Below, piece by piece: positions 1 through 12,584 of a DNA stretch of 64,000 nucleotides. How positions within the stretch are numbered: the first letter of the stretch is position 1; each line of letters begins with the position of its first letter. The notes under the pieces are model-generated. The model had not been told where the DNA came from. It made no database searches and saw only the letters and a program-made list of their open reading frames with translations. This DNA comes from an uncultured beta proteobacterium (GTDB taxonomy: Bacteria; Pseudomonadota; Gammaproteobacteria; Burkholderiales; Rhodocyclaceae): assembly GCA_963736845.1 (NCBI GenBank), contig CAVTQL010000021.1, positions 36,030 through 100,029 of the forward strand. The letters run 5' to 3'. Both the position numbers and the translations under genes were made by a program.

Positions 1-119
1 TAGAGTATGCAATCAAATTGTTGCACAACAAAATTGGCAAACTGCGTGAACTTTCCCCGCTGTGGGAAATGGTTCAGGAAGGCATCGACCTGAGCACCGT
101 GCAGTGGGCGGCACACTGA
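1..119 (+). CDS. iscS: cysteine desulfurase IscS, C-terminal fragment (5' end outside the window)
   Basis: The frame ending at TGA 117-119 reads ...[26 protein letters not shown], a typical IscS C-terminus. It is followed by iscU-iscA-hscBA-fdx-iscX. Confidence 0.9.
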   Translation, partial: EYAIKLLHNKIGKLRELSPLWEMVQEGIDLSTVQWAAH

Positions 120-139
120 GGAAGTAAAGGAGAAACAAC

Positions 140-523
140 ATGAGCTATAGCGTAAAACTGATTGATCATTATGAGAATCCGCGCAACGTCGGTTCCTTCG
201 CGAAGGAAGACGAAGGGGTCGGCACCGGCATGGTCGGCGCGCCGGCCTGCGGCGACGTGATGAAGTTGCAGATCAAGGTCAACAAGGCCGGCGTCATCGA
301 GGACGCCAAGTTCAAGACCTACGGCTGCGGCTCGGCGATCGCCTCGTCGTCGCTGGTGACCGAGTGGGTCAAGGGCAAGACGGTCGACCAGGCCATGACG
401 ATCAAGAACACCGATATCGCCGAGGAACTGGCGCTGCCGCCGGTCAAGATCCATTGTTCGATCCTGGCCGAGGATGCGATCAAGGCGGCGGTCGCCGACT
501 ACAAGAAAAAGCACGGAGAATAA
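140..523 (+). CDS. iscU: Fe-S cluster assembly scaffold IscU
   Basis: 127-aa [23 protein letters not shown]...[11 protein letters not shown]...[11 protein letters not shown]...HCSILAED carries the three conserved Cys and sits in isc operon context. Confidence 0.96.
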   Translation: MSYSVKLIDHYENPRNVGSFAKEDEGVGTGMVGAPACGDVMKLQIKVNKAGVIEDAKFKTYGCGSAIASSSLVTEWVKGKTVDQAMTIKNTDIAEELALPPVKIHCSILAEDAIKAAVADYKKKHGE

Positions 524-525
524 GC

Positions 526-849
526 ATGGGCGTCACCTTGAGCGAAAAGGCGGCAAAGCATGTCGCCAGCTACCTGAACAAACGCGGCAAGGGTATCGGT
601 CTGCGCCTCGGGGTGCGGACCAGCGGTTGTTCCGGGATGGCCTACAAGCTCGAGTTCGTCGACGACACCAACGCCGAGGACATCGTCTTCGAGAGCAACG
701 GCGTCAAGGTCTTCGTCGATGCCAAGAGCCTGCCCTACCTGGACGGGATGGAACTCGACTTTGCGCGCGAAGGATTGAACGAGGGGTTCAAGTTCAATAA
801 CCCCAATGTCAAGGATCAGTGCGGTTGCGGCGAATCGTTTAACGTCTGA
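526..849 (+). CDS. iscA: iron-binding A-type carrier IscA
   Basis: The internal ATG at 526 of ORF 364-849 gives [13 protein letters not shown]...[11 protein letters not shown]...[10 protein letters not shown], the C-X-C C-terminal motif. It starts 3 nt after the iscU stop. Confidence 0.93.
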   Translation: MGVTLSEKAAKHVASYLNKRGKGIGLRLGVRTSGCSGMAYKLEFVDDTNAEDIVFESNGVKVFVDAKSLPYLDGMELDFAREGLNEGFKFNNPNVKDQCGCGESFNV

Positions 850-1376
850 TGGATCTCCGATCCGATCACTTCGCCCTGTTCGAACTGCCGCGTGCCTTCC
901 GCCTCGACGTCGCGGAACTGGATGCGCGCTACCGCAACGTCCAGGGGCAGGTGCATCCCGACCGTTTCGCGCATGCCGGCGCGGCGGAGCGGCGGCTGTC
1001 GATGCAGTGGGCGACGCATGCCAACGAAGCCTACCGGGCGCTGAAGAAGCCGCTGGAGCGGGCGAAGTACCTGCTGCACCTCGCCGGGCACGACGTGCAG
1101 GCGGAGAACAATACCGCGATGCCGGCCGATTTCCTGATGGAACAGATGGAATGGCGGGAAGCGGTGATGGAGGCGCGCGGCGGCGGTGACCACCACGAAC
1201 TCGAACGCCTGCACAATCGCCTGCGCGCCGACCTCGACCGCCGCTACGCCGAACTGGGCGAACTGTTCGACGTCGCCGGCGATCTCGACGCGGCGACCGA
1301 TCGTGTCCGCCGCCTGATGTTCCTGGAAAAACTCCTGCACGAAATCGACGACGCGCTGGCGTCGCTGGAAGAATAG
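849..1376 (+). CDS. hscB: co-chaperone HscB (J-domain)
   Basis: 175-aa ORF with [14 protein letters not shown]...L...YR.LQ..VHPDRF. TGATG overlap with the iscA stop. Confidence 0.92.
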   Translation: MDLRSDHFALFELPRAFRLDVAELDARYRNVQGQVHPDRFAHAGAAERRLSMQWATHANEAYRALKKPLERAKYLLHLAGHDVQAENNTAMPADFLMEQMEWREAVMEARGGGDHHELERLHNRLRADLDRRYAELGELFDVAGDLDAATDRVRRLMFLEKLLHEIDDALASLEE

Positions 1377-1378
1377 CA

Positions 1379-3255
<1,877 letters not shown>

Positions 3256-3259
<4 letters not shown>

Positions 3260-3600
3260 CGCAAGTCATCGTGCTGCCGCACGTCGAGGCCTGCCCCGAC
3301 GGCGCCGTCATCGAGGCGGAAGCGGGCAAGTCGATCTGCGAGAACCTGCTGGAACACGGCATCGAACTCGAACACGCCTGCGAAATGTCCTGCGCCTGCA
3401 CGACCTGCCACGTCATCGTCCGCGAGGGCTTCAAGTCGCTCGACCCGGCCGAGGAGGAGGAAGAGGACCTGCTCGACAAGGCCTGGGGACTCGAACCGAA
3501 CTCGCGCCTCGGCTGCCAGGCATTGGTGCGGTCAACCCCGCTGGTGGTCGAAATTCCGAAATACAGTATCAACATGGCGAAGGAGGGCCACCGCAAATGA
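3256..3600 (+). CDS. fdx: ISC-type [2Fe-2S] ferredoxin
   Basis: 114 aa with C..ACTTCHV and the LGCQ Cys pattern. ATGA overlap with the hscA stop. Confidence 0.93.
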
Positions 3601-3792
3601 AATGGACCGACATCAACGACATCGCCATCGAGCTTGCCGATGCCCATCCCGACAAGGACCCGCTGACAGGTCAACTTCGTCGACCTGCGCGACTGGGTGA
3701 TGGCGCTGCCCGGCTTCGCCGATGACCCGAAGCACTGCGGCGAGAAGATCCTGGAGGCGATCCAGCAGGCCTGGATCGACGAGGTCTCGTGA
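3597..3792 (+). CDS. iscX: Fe-S assembly protein IscX, frame broken by an apparent 1-nt insertion near 3667-3670
   Basis: [24 protein letters not shown], then after a +1 shift, VNFVDLRDWVMALPGFADDPKHCGEKILEAIQQAWIDEVS*. The span is 196 nt (65 codons + 1). Confidence 0.85.
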
Positions 3793-4184
3793 AGGCGCGC
3801 GACTTTCCCGGACGCGGCAGCCAGCTCAACGTGCTCGGCGGCCCGCTGCTGACGTGCAGCGATGCGCCGTTGACCGGGTTCTTCCGCGATGGCTGCTGCA
3901 ATACCTCTGAAGACGATCTCGGCAGCCACACCGTCTGCGTCGTGCTGACCGCCGAGTTCCTCGAATTCTCGACGTCGCGCGGCAACGACCTGTCCACGCC
4001 GCGCCCAGAGTTCGATTTCCCCGGCCTGCAGCCGGGTCAGCGCTGGTGCCTCTGCGCCGCGCGCTGGCTGGAGGCGTATCGCGCCGGCAAGGCGCCGCGC
4101 GTCTCGCTCAATTCGACCAACCAGGCGGCGCTGGAAATCGTCCCGCTCGAACTGCTCAAGCAGCACGCCATCGACCTGCACTGA
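3789..4184 (+). CDS. DUF2237-family conserved protein
   Basis: 131-aa ORF with a GTG start overlapping the iscX stop. The motif LTGFFRDGCC.....D.G.H.VC...T.EFL matches my recollection of DUF2237. Confidence 0.7.
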   Translation: MKARDFPGRGSQLNVLGGPLLTCSDAPLTGFFRDGCCNTSEDDLGSHTVCVVLTAEFLEFSTSRGNDLSTPRPEFDFPGLQPGQRWCLCAARWLEAYRAGKAPRVSLNSTNQAALEIVPLELLKQHAIDLH

Positions 4185-4208
4185 CGGCGCGCTGCGGCGC
4201 TTGGCCTT

Positions 4209-5624
4209 TCAGCCGCCCACCCAGAGGATCCAGGGCGTGCCGACGACGAGGAAGACGAGGGTGCAGAATACCGTGGTCAGCAGTCCGAGCCGGTAGAGTT
4301 CGCTCTGGGTCAGGTAGCCGCTGGCGACGAAAATGACGTTCTGGCTGCCGCCCTGCGGCGTCAGCGTCGAGAAATAGCTGCTCGCGAAGAGCAGGGCGAA
4401 GGCCATCAGGTGCGCAGGCACGCCGGTCTGCACGCCGACGTCGAGAAAGACGCCGAGCAGCGCCAGCACCTGCGCCGACTGGCTGACGAACATGTAGTGC
4501 ATCGCCACGTAGAGCAGCAGCAGGACGACGTAGGCGGCCGGCCACGCCAGCCCGGTGAGCATCGATGCCAGCCGTTCGCCGACATAGCCCATGAAGCCCA
4601 TCTCGTTGAGCTGCCCGCTCAGGGCGAAGAGCACCGCCAGCCAGAGGAAGGTCGCCAGCGTGCTGCCCTGCAGGTAGATGTCGTCGAGGGTCAGCACACG
4701 GACGGCGAGCAGGAGGCCGAGTCCGGCGATGGCGACGCCGGCCAGGCTGAAGTTGAAGGTTCCGGCGAAGATCCAGGCGAAGATCATCAGGCTGAAGACG
4801 ACGGCCGTGATCCACTCGTCGCGCGACAGCGGCCCCATCGCGCGCAGCGCCTCGCGTGCCACCCGCGGCGCATCGGGGGTATCGGTCACGCCGGGCGGAA
4901 ACAGGCGGTAGAGCAGGGCGGGCAGCAGCGCGATCGTGGCCAGCGCCGGCACCGCCGCGACCAGCAGCCAGTTGCCGAAGCCGACCTGCAAGCCCTTCTC
5001 GGCCGCCAGCGAGACGCCGATCGGGTTGGCCGAGGTCGCGGTCAGCCACAGCGCCGACGAGACGCTGAGGCTGGCCATGCCGCAGAACATCAGGTAGCCG
5101 CCCAGCCGGCGCCCTTTTTCGTCCTCGGGCCGCGACCCGCTGCCCTGGGCGAGCGACAGGATGATCGGGAAGAGGACGCCGCCGCGCGCCGTGTTGGACG
5201 GGAAGCCCGGCGCGATCAGGGCGTCGGTGATGAAGATGCTGTAGGCCAGCCCGAGCGTCGACTTGCCGAAAACAGCTACCACGCACAAGGCGATGCGCTG
5301 GCCAAGTCCGCACTTGACGACCGCCTGCGCGACGAGGAAGGCGACGACGACGAGAATCACGCTCTGGTTGGCGAAGCCCCCGAAAACCTTGGCCGGGTCA
5401 ACCGTTTCGCTCAGCACCGCGAACGAACCGGCGAGCAGCGCCGAAGTCAGCAGCGGGAAGGCGTTGATGATGACCGCGAAGATGGCGGCGGCGAAGATCG
5501 CGAACAGGTGCCAGGCCTCGCGCGTCAGCCCCTCGGGGATCGGCGTCAGCCAGAGCGCGACGCCGAGCGCGAACGGTGCCAACGTGACGAGGGTTGCCTT
5601 CAGGCGGGAAGCCGGCGCGCTCAT
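4209..5624 (-). CDS. DASS-family anion/dicarboxylate permease
   Basis: The internal ATG at 5624 (GGAGG 7 nt upstream) gives a 471-aa polytopic protein MSAPASRLKATLVTLAPFALG... with the SNTARGGVLFPI motif typical of divalent anion:Na+ symporters. Confidence 0.85.
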   Translation of the reverse strand: MSAPASRLKATLVTLAPFALGVALWLTPIPEGLTREAWHLFAIFAAAIFAVIINAFPLLTSALLAGSFAVLSETVDPAKVFGGFANQSVILVVVAFLVAQAVVKCGLGQRIALCVVAVFGKSTLGLAYSIFITDALIAPGFPSNTARGGVLFPIILSLAQGSGSRPEDEKGRRLGGYLMFCGMASLSVSSALWLTATSANPIGVSLAAEKGLQVGFGNWLLVAAVPALATIALLPALLYRLFPPGVTDTPDAPRVAREALRAMGPLSRDEWITAVVFSLMIFAWIFAGTFNFSLAGVAIAGLGLLLAVRVLTLDDIYLQGSTLATFLWLAVLFALSGQLNEMGFMGYVGERLASMLTGLAWPAAYVVLLLLYVAMHYMFVSQSAQVLALLGVFLDVGVQTGVPAHLMAFALLFASSYFSTLTPQGGSQNVIFVASGYLTQSELYRLGLLTTVFCTLVFLVVGTPWILWVGG

Positions 5625-6208
5625 CGGGTTCCTCCGGGTGTCTGCGGGTTGGTGGCCGGCGCGGCGAGGCGGGCGCGACCCTTGAAACCGGTGACGCGCC
5701 CGCTGAAGCCGCCGTCCTCGGTGTCGACCAGGGTCTGCCAGCGGAAGCTGTATTCCCCGGTGACCCCGGCGTAGCGGCCGGTACCGCCGACGAAGCGGCC
5801 CTCGATCAGCCGGCCGGTGCTGTCCAGTCCGCCGCTCAGTTCGCTGAACGCCTTGTCGCCGTGCTCGTCGGTCCACACGCTGCGCGCCTGTAACCCCGTC
5901 ACATTGTCGCGGAAGCCGATGATCTCCGCCTTGAACGCGGCGTGGGGCCGCTCCTTGCCGGTCAGCACCAGCGCACCGCTGAGGCGGAAGATCTCGGCGC
6001 GGTTTCCCGCCGCCAGGTCGAGGCCGCTGCGCATGCCGGCGGCGGACCAGTGGCCCGCGAAGAAGCTGTCCGCCGTCGCCTCGGCCGTCGGTCCCGCTGC
6101 TGGCGGCGGCGTGCGGTCGCAGCCGGCGGTAGCGAGCAGCAGGACGGCTGCCGCAACGCGGACAAGAACACCGGCGCTGGCCGGAACAGGTTGACGGCGC
6201 ATCGTCAT
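5621..6208 (-). CDS. lipoprotein of unknown function
   Basis: MTMRRQPVPASAGVLVRVAAAVLLLATAGC has a signal peptide and lipobox. Its stop overlaps the transporter ATG (ATGA). Confidence 0.65.
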   Translation of the reverse strand: MTMRRQPVPASAGVLVRVAAAVLLLATAGCDRTPPPAAGPTAEATADSFFAGHWSAAGMRSGLDLAAGNRAEIFRLSGALVLTGKERPHAAFKAEIIGFRDNVTGLQARSVWTDEHGDKAFSELSGGLDSTGRLIEGRFVGGTGRYAGVTGEYSFRWQTLVDTEDGGFSGRVTGFKGRARLAAPATNPQTPGGTR

Positions 6209-6431
6209 GGCTCGCCTCGCGAGTGGGTGGTATCGACGTCCCGCCGTAGCCGGGTTGCCAGACAAAGGCGGGAGGGTTCGCAGGGGGCCATTCTTTGCCG
6301 CGTCCGCAGCCCTGTCAATGCCGCATTCCGGGAGGGGTGGCATCCCCCTTTCACGCCGCGGCCGGCATGAAGGCCCAGTCGAGCCGCTCGGCGACGAGCG
6401 GCGGCACCAGCGCCGCAGACGACGAGATCCA

Positions 6432-7662
6432 TCAGGCGATGACGTGCGACACCAGTCCGTCGGCCAGCTTGGGTTCGAACCAGGTCGACTTGGGCGGCAT
6501 CACCTCGCCCGAGTCGGCGACCGCCATCAGGTCGTCCATCTGCGTCGCGTGCAGGGCGAAGGCGACCGCCATCTCGCCGCTGTCGACGCGCCGCTCGAGT
6601 TCGCCGAGGCCGCGGATGCCGCCGACGAAATCGATGCGCTTGTCGCGGCGCAGATCGCCGATGCCGAGGACGGGCGCCAGCAGGTGGTCGGACAGCAGGC
6701 TGACGTCGAGCCGGCGCACCGGGTCGGCGGCGGGAACCCGCGCCGGGTCGATCGCCAGCCGGTACCAGTGGCCGCCGAGGTACATGCCGACGACGCCGGG
6801 CTGGTCGGGATGCACGGCGGTGGCCGCCGGCGTGACGGTGTAGCGCTCGCCGACGCGGGCGAGGAATTCCGCCGGCGCCAGGCCGTTGAGGTCGCGCACG
6901 ACGCGGTTGTAGTCGAGGATGCGCATCTGGTTGGCCGGGAAGAGCACGGCCAGGAAGTACTCCGCGTCGTCGGCTCCGGGCCTGCCCGCGGCGGCTGGCG
7001 GCGACGCGCGAGGCGGCCGCCGAGCGGTGGTGGCCGTCGGCGATGTAGAGGGCGGGCATGCGCGTCGATCGCCGCGGTGAACCCGGCGACGGTCGCCGCA
7101 TCGTCGATCACCCAGACCGTGTGGCGGACGCCGTCCGCCGTCACGTCGGCGACCGGCGCGCCGCCGGTGGCACCGGCGATCAGCAGCGTCGGCCGCCGGC
7201 GCCTCCGGGTAGGCGAGCAGCACCGGCCCGGTCTGCGCGGACAGCGCCTCGATCTGGCGGACGCGGTCGTCCTCCTTGTCCGGGCGGGTGAACTCGTGCT
7301 TGCGGATGCGGTTGCTGTCGTAGTCGGCGACCGACGCGGCGGCGACGATGCCGGTCTGCACGTGCTCGCCCATGGTCAGCCGGTAGGCGTAGTAGCACGG
7401 CGCCGCATCGCGGATCAGGACACCGTCGGCGATCAGGCGGCGCGAAATTCTCGGCGGATTTGGCGTAGACCGCGGGCGCGTAGGGGTCGGTATCCGGCGG
7501 CAGGTCGATCTCGGCCTTGGAAATGTGCAGGAAGTTCCACGGCTTGCCGGCGGCACGCTCGCGGGCTTCCTCGCTGGACAGCACGTCGTAGGGCGGCGCG
7601 GCGACATCGGCGGCGCGCCCGGTAGCCGGGCGCAGTCCGCGGAAGGGCTGGATGAGGGGCAT
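6432..7662 (-). CDS. DUF1015-domain protein, frame broken about 4 times (near 7443, 7200, 7060, 6985)
   Basis: MPLIQPFRGLRPATGRAADVAAPPYDVL...; the homologous sequence continues by hopping between minus-strand ORFs 7180-7662, 6432-7607, 6527-7144 and 6205-7101, then back (..MPALYIADGHHR.. ..ILDYNRVV..). Confidence 0.8.
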
Positions 7663-7808
7663 GACGGAGGATTCCTGATTCAGGTCGTGCGGGCGTCGGT
7701 CCGGTGAAAATTGGGGTCAGACCCCTGTTTCTCCGTTTCTGGCGCGGACTCCGGTAGGGGGAAGGCAGTCCATTGTGCATCAGCGTCCGCCTGTGGATCA
7801 ATGACTTG

Positions 7809-8889
7809 TCATTCGTCCTTGAGGCGTTCCGGCAGCACGTCGCGCAGCAGCACGGCGGCGTCGCGGATCATCTTCTCGGTGGTTTCCCAGTCGACGCAGG
7901 CGTCGGTGACCGAGCAGCCGTACCTGAGCTGCGCCAGATCGGCCGGGATCGGCTGGTTGCCGGCCGCGATGTTGGATTCGACCATGACGCCGACCAGCGA
8001 GTGGTTGCCGCCGCGGATCTGGTTGACCACGTCGGCCATGACCAGCGGCTGCAGTTCGGGATTCTTGAAGCTGTTGGCGTGCGAGCAGTCGACGACGATG
8101 TTGGCCGGCAGCTTCGCCTTCCGCATCGCCTGTTCCGCCATCGAGACGGACACGGTGTCGTAGTTCGGCCGCCCGTCGCCGCCGCGCAGCACGATGTGGC
8201 CGTAGCCGTTGCCGGTGGTGCGCACGACCGCGACGCGGCCCTGGCCGTTGATGCCGAGGAAGGAATGCGGCTTCGACGCCGACAGGATCGCGTTGATCGC
8301 CACCGTCGAGGTCGCCGCTGGTGCCGTTCTTGAAGCCGACCGGCGTCGACAGCCCGGACGACATCTCGCGGTGCGTCTGCGATTCGGTCGTGCGCGCGCC
8401 GATCGCGGTCCACGTGATGAGGTCGCCGTAATACTGCGGCGAGATCGGGTCGAGCGCCTCGGTGCCGGTCGGCAGGCCGATTTCGGCGATGTCGAGGAGG
8501 AACTGGCGGGCCTTCTCCATGCCGACGTCGACGCGGAAGGAATCGTCCATGAAGGGATCGTTGATGTAGCCCTTCCAGCCCACCGTCGTGCGCGGCTTCT
8601 CGAAATAGACGCGCATGATGATCTGCAGCGTGTCGCCGACCTCGTCGGCCAGCGCCTTCAGGCGCCGCGCGTAGTCGATGCCGGCGACCGGGTCGTGGAT
8701 CGAGCACGGGCCGACGACGACGAACAGGCGATGGTCGCGGCGGTCGAGGATGTCGCGCAGCACCTGCCGGCCCTGCGTGACGGTGTCCGTCGCCGCGACC
8801 GAAATCGGCAGGCGGGCGTGGATTTCCTCCGGCGTCGGCATCGCGTCGAAGGCGGCTACGTTGATGTTTTCGATGTTCTGGGTCGTCAT
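7809..8889 (-). CDS. aroG: class I DAHP synthase (3-deoxy-7-phosphoheptulonate synthase), one frame break near 8308
   Basis: The N-terminal part is MTTQNIENINVAAFDAMPTPEEI...GPCSIHD...KPRTTVGWKGYINDP. The C-terminal part lies in ORF 7809-8303 (AINAILSASKPHSFLGI...). The span is 1081 nt, not a multiple of 3. The isozyme assignment is uncertain. Confidence 0.88.
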
Positions 8890-8891
8890 GT

Positions 8892-11800
8892 TCAGGTCGT
8901 GAGCTGGCGAATCATGTCCTTGACCGCGGCCACCTTGTCGCCGAGGGCCGGGCAATGGCGCAAAAGCGCGATTTTATCCTGCCCGGCCAGCTTGTAGGTC
9001 CGGTTTTTCTGGATCAGCGCGATGATCCTGGCCGGGTCGACCGGCGGATTGCGGGAGAACTCCGGGCCGAACTGCAGCGTGATCTGGTCGGCCGTGGCGT
9101 CCAGCTTCTGCACGCACAGCGGCTTGACCAGCAGGCGCAGGCGGTGGGTGGCGAGCAGCGACTGCGCCTGCAGCGGCAACTGGCCGAAGCGGTCGATCAG
9201 TTCCTCCTGCATCGCGTCGAGTTCCTCGCCGGCTTCGCAGTTGGCGAGGCGCTTGTACAGCGTCAGGCGTTCGTGCACGTCCGGGCAGTAGGCGTCCGGG
9301 AGCAGGGCGGGGGTGCGCAGGTTGATCTCGGTGCTGATTCCGAGCGGCTGCGTCAGGTCGACCGCATCCACCACCTTGCCCTGGCGCAATTGCGCGACGG
9401 CGCGGTTGAGCATCTCGGTGAACAGGTTGAAGCCGACTTCCTGCATCTCGCCCGACTGGTTGTCGCCGAGCACCTCGCCGGCGCCGCGGATTTCCAGGTC
9501 GTGCATGGCGAGGAAGAAGCCGGAGCCGAGTTCCTCGGACATCTGGATCGCTTCGAGGCGCTGCTTCGCCTGCTTGGTCATCGCCGCGTCGTCGTGCACC
9601 AGCAGGTAGGCGTAGGCCTGGTGGTGCGAACGGCCGACGCGGCCGCGCAGCTGGTGCAACTGGGCAAGGCCGAACTTCTCGGCGCGGTTGATCAGGATGG
9701 TGTTGGCGTGCGGGTTGTCGATGCCGGTCTCGATGATCGTCGTGCACAGCAGCAGGTTGGCGCGCTGGCCGGTGAAGTCGCGCATGACGCGTTCCAGCTC
9801 GCGCTCGTTCATCTGGCCGTGGCCGATGACGGTGCGCGCCTCGGGCACCAGCTTTTCCAGCTTTTCACGCATGTTGGCGATGGTGTCGACCTCGTTGTGC
9901 AGGAAATACACCTGGCCGCCGCGCTTCAGTTCGCGCAGCACCGCCTCGCGGATGATGCCGTCGGAGAACCGGGAAACGAAGGTCTTGATCGCCAGCCGCT
10001 TCTGCGGCGCGGTGGCGATCACCGAGAAGTCGCGCAGGCCTTCCATGCTCATCGCCAGCGTGCGCGGGATCGGCGTCGCGGTCAGGGTCAGCACGTCGAC
10101 CTCGGCGCGCATCGCCTTCAGCGTTTCCTTCTGGCGCACGCCGAAGCGGTGCTCCTCGTCGATGACGACGAGGCCGAGGCGGCTGAACTTGACGTCCTTG
10201 CCGATCAGCTTGTGCGTGCCGATGATGATGTCGATCTTGCCCTCGGCCAGTTCCTGCAGCGCCTGCGCCGATTCCTTCGCCGTCTTGAAACGGGAGATTT
10301 CGGCGATCTTCACCGGCCAGTCGGCGAAGCGGTCGACGAAAGTCTGGTAATGCTGTTCACAAAGCAGCGTCGTCGGGCACAGCACGGCCACCTGCTTGCC
10401 GCCGGCCACCGCGCAGAAGGCGGCGCGCAGGGCGACCTCGGTCTTGCCGAAGCCGACGTCGCCGCAGACCAGCCGGTCCATCGGCTTGCCCGAGCGCATG
10501 TCGTCGATCACCGCGGCGATGGCGGCGGCCTGGTCGCTGGTTTCCTCGAAGCCGAAACCGTCGGCGAAGGCTTCGTAGTCGTTCTCGTGGAAGCTGAAGG
10601 CGTGGCCCTCGCGGGCGGCGCGGGCGGCGTACAGCGTCAGCAGTTCGGCGGCGGTGTCGCGCGCCTGCTCGGCGGCCTTGCGCTTGGCCTTTTCCCACTG
10701 GCCGGAGCCGAGCGTGTGCAGCGGCGCGGCTTCCGGCTCGGCGCCGGAATAGCGCGAAATCACGTGCAGCTGCGCCACCGGCACGAACAGCTTGGCCTCG
10801 TTGGCGTAGTGCAGTTCGAGGAATTCCTGCTCGCCCAGGCCAAGCTCCATGCGCACGAGTCCGCGATAGCGGCCGATGCCGTGGCTTTCATGGACCACCG
10901 GATCACCGACCTTGAGCTCGGTGAGATCCTTCAGCCAGTTGTCGAAGCTCGCCTTGCGCGCTGCTTCGCGGCGGCTACGGCGCGGCGCGCCGGCGTACAA
11001 CTCGGTTTCGGTGATGAAGGCGAGGCCGGGCAGGGCGAAACCGGCATGCAGCGGCCCGACGCCCAGCGCCAGCGGCGCATCGCCCGCCGCGAAACCGGCG
11101 AAGTCGGCTGAGGCAGCCGGGCGCAGGCCGTGTTCGGCCAGCATCGCCGCCAGCGTCTCGCGCCGGCCGGCCGATTCGGCGAGCAGCAGCACGCGGCCGG
11201 GATTCGTGGCGAGGTAAGCCTTGAGCCGGCCCAGCGGATCGTCGGCACGGCGATCGACCGCGACATCGGAAACCGTACAAACCGGGGACAGACCACGGTT
11301 TTCGTCGTTAAAACCGTGGTCTGTCCCCGGTTGGTTCGGTTGTTTGGCCGAAATGACCAGTCGACCGTAGCTTTTGGCCGCCGCGAAGAACACCTCGTCG
11401 GACAGGAACAGTTCCTCGGGCGGCAGCAGCGGCCGCGCCTTGTCGCCCTGCAGCAGGTTGTAGCGCGAGCGGGTGTCCTTCCAGAAGGCGGCAATCGCGC
11501 CCGGCGCGTCGCCGTGGGTGACGAGTACCGCATCCGCCGGCAGGTAGTCGAACAGCGTGGCCGTTTCATCGAAGAAGAGCGGCAGGTAGTACTCGATGCC
11601 GGCGCTGGCGATGCCGGTGGAAACATCCTTGTAGATGCCCGACCTGGCCGGGTCGCCCTCGAAGACCTCGCGGAAGCGCTGGCGGAAGTGCGTGCGGCCC
11701 TTGTCGTCGAGCGGGAATTCGCGCGCCGGCAGCAGGCGCACGTCCGGCACCGGGTAGATCGTGCGCTGGGTATCGACGTCGAAGGTCTTGATGCTCTCGA

Positions 11801-12414
11801 TCTCGTCGTCGAACAGGTCGAGCCGGTACGGCACCGGCGAACCCATCGGGAAGAGGTCGATCAGCCCGCCGCGGATCGAGTATTCGCCCGGCGACACCAC
11901 CTGCGTCACGTGGGCGTAGCCGGCCAGCGTCACCTGGCCGCGGAATTTCTCGGCATCGAGCCGTTCGCCCTTCCTGAAGGCGAAGGTGTAGGCGGCGAGG
12001 AAGGCCGGCGGCGCCAGCCGGCACACCGCGGTCGACGCCGGCACCAGCAGGATGTCCAGTTCGCCTGCGCATCGCCGCCCACAAGGTGGCGAGGCGCTCG
12101 GAGACGAGATCCTGGTGCGGCGAGAAATGGTCGTAGGGCAGCGTCTCCCAGTCCGGCAGCAGCCGCACGCGCAGCCCCGGCGCGAACCACGGGATCTCGT
12201 CGAGCAGCCGCTGCGCGTCCGCCGCGCTCGCCGTCACCACCGCCAGTAGCCGCCCGCCGGCACGCCCGGCGATCTCCGCCAGCGCCAGCGCGTCGGACGA
12301 CCCGGCCAGCGTCGGCAGGTCGACACGCATGCTGGCCCGGGGCAGGGCGGGGAGGGAAAGGAGCTGGGTGGGGGCGGACACGGATGCGTGGGGATGGTGA
12401 AGCGAGGGCGGCAT
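8892..12414 (-). CDS. mfd: transcription-repair coupling factor Mfd, one frame break near 12065; start uncertain (12414 or 12330)
   Basis: ORF 8892-12044 has the helicase motifs (LVCGDVGFGKTEVALRAAF, VIDEEHRFGV, LTATPIPRTL, QLRGRVGRS). The N-terminal part is in ORF 11566-12456 (..LLPDWETLPYDHFSPHQDLVSERLATLW). Confidence 0.93.
11280..11332. repeat. perfect 23-bp-stem / 7-nt-loop palindrome embedded in the mfd coding frame
   Basis: aaccggggacagaccacggtttt-cgtcgtt-aaaaccgtggtctgtccccggtt. The arms are 11280-11302 and 11310-11332 by manual count. The mfd ORF reads through it (..KQPNQPGTDHGFNDENRGLSPVCTV..). Confidence 0.9.
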
Positions 12415-12584
12415 TATAGCCGCTGGCTCATCGGCCGCCGTTGCGCGGGAGCGCAATGCCGAAGTTCCAAATGCCCCGGCGGTTCCCGCTCCCGACCCCC
12501 AAACCTAGACCAAGGTCGAATTGCCTATTTCCGCCGGACGGGTAATCTGGCACCACATTCATCTGTATCCAACGGAGGCACATC

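Noticed and set aside
8955-11111. 718-aa plus-strand ORF antisense to mfd
   Set aside because: It is a shadow ORF of a GC-rich gene with no recognisable motifs, whereas the Mfd helicase motifs are on the minus strand.
12548-12563. TGGCAC upstream of the adhesin gene as a sigma54 -24 element
   Set aside because: The -12 region reads TCAT rather than TTGC at the required spacing, so the match is too weak to call.
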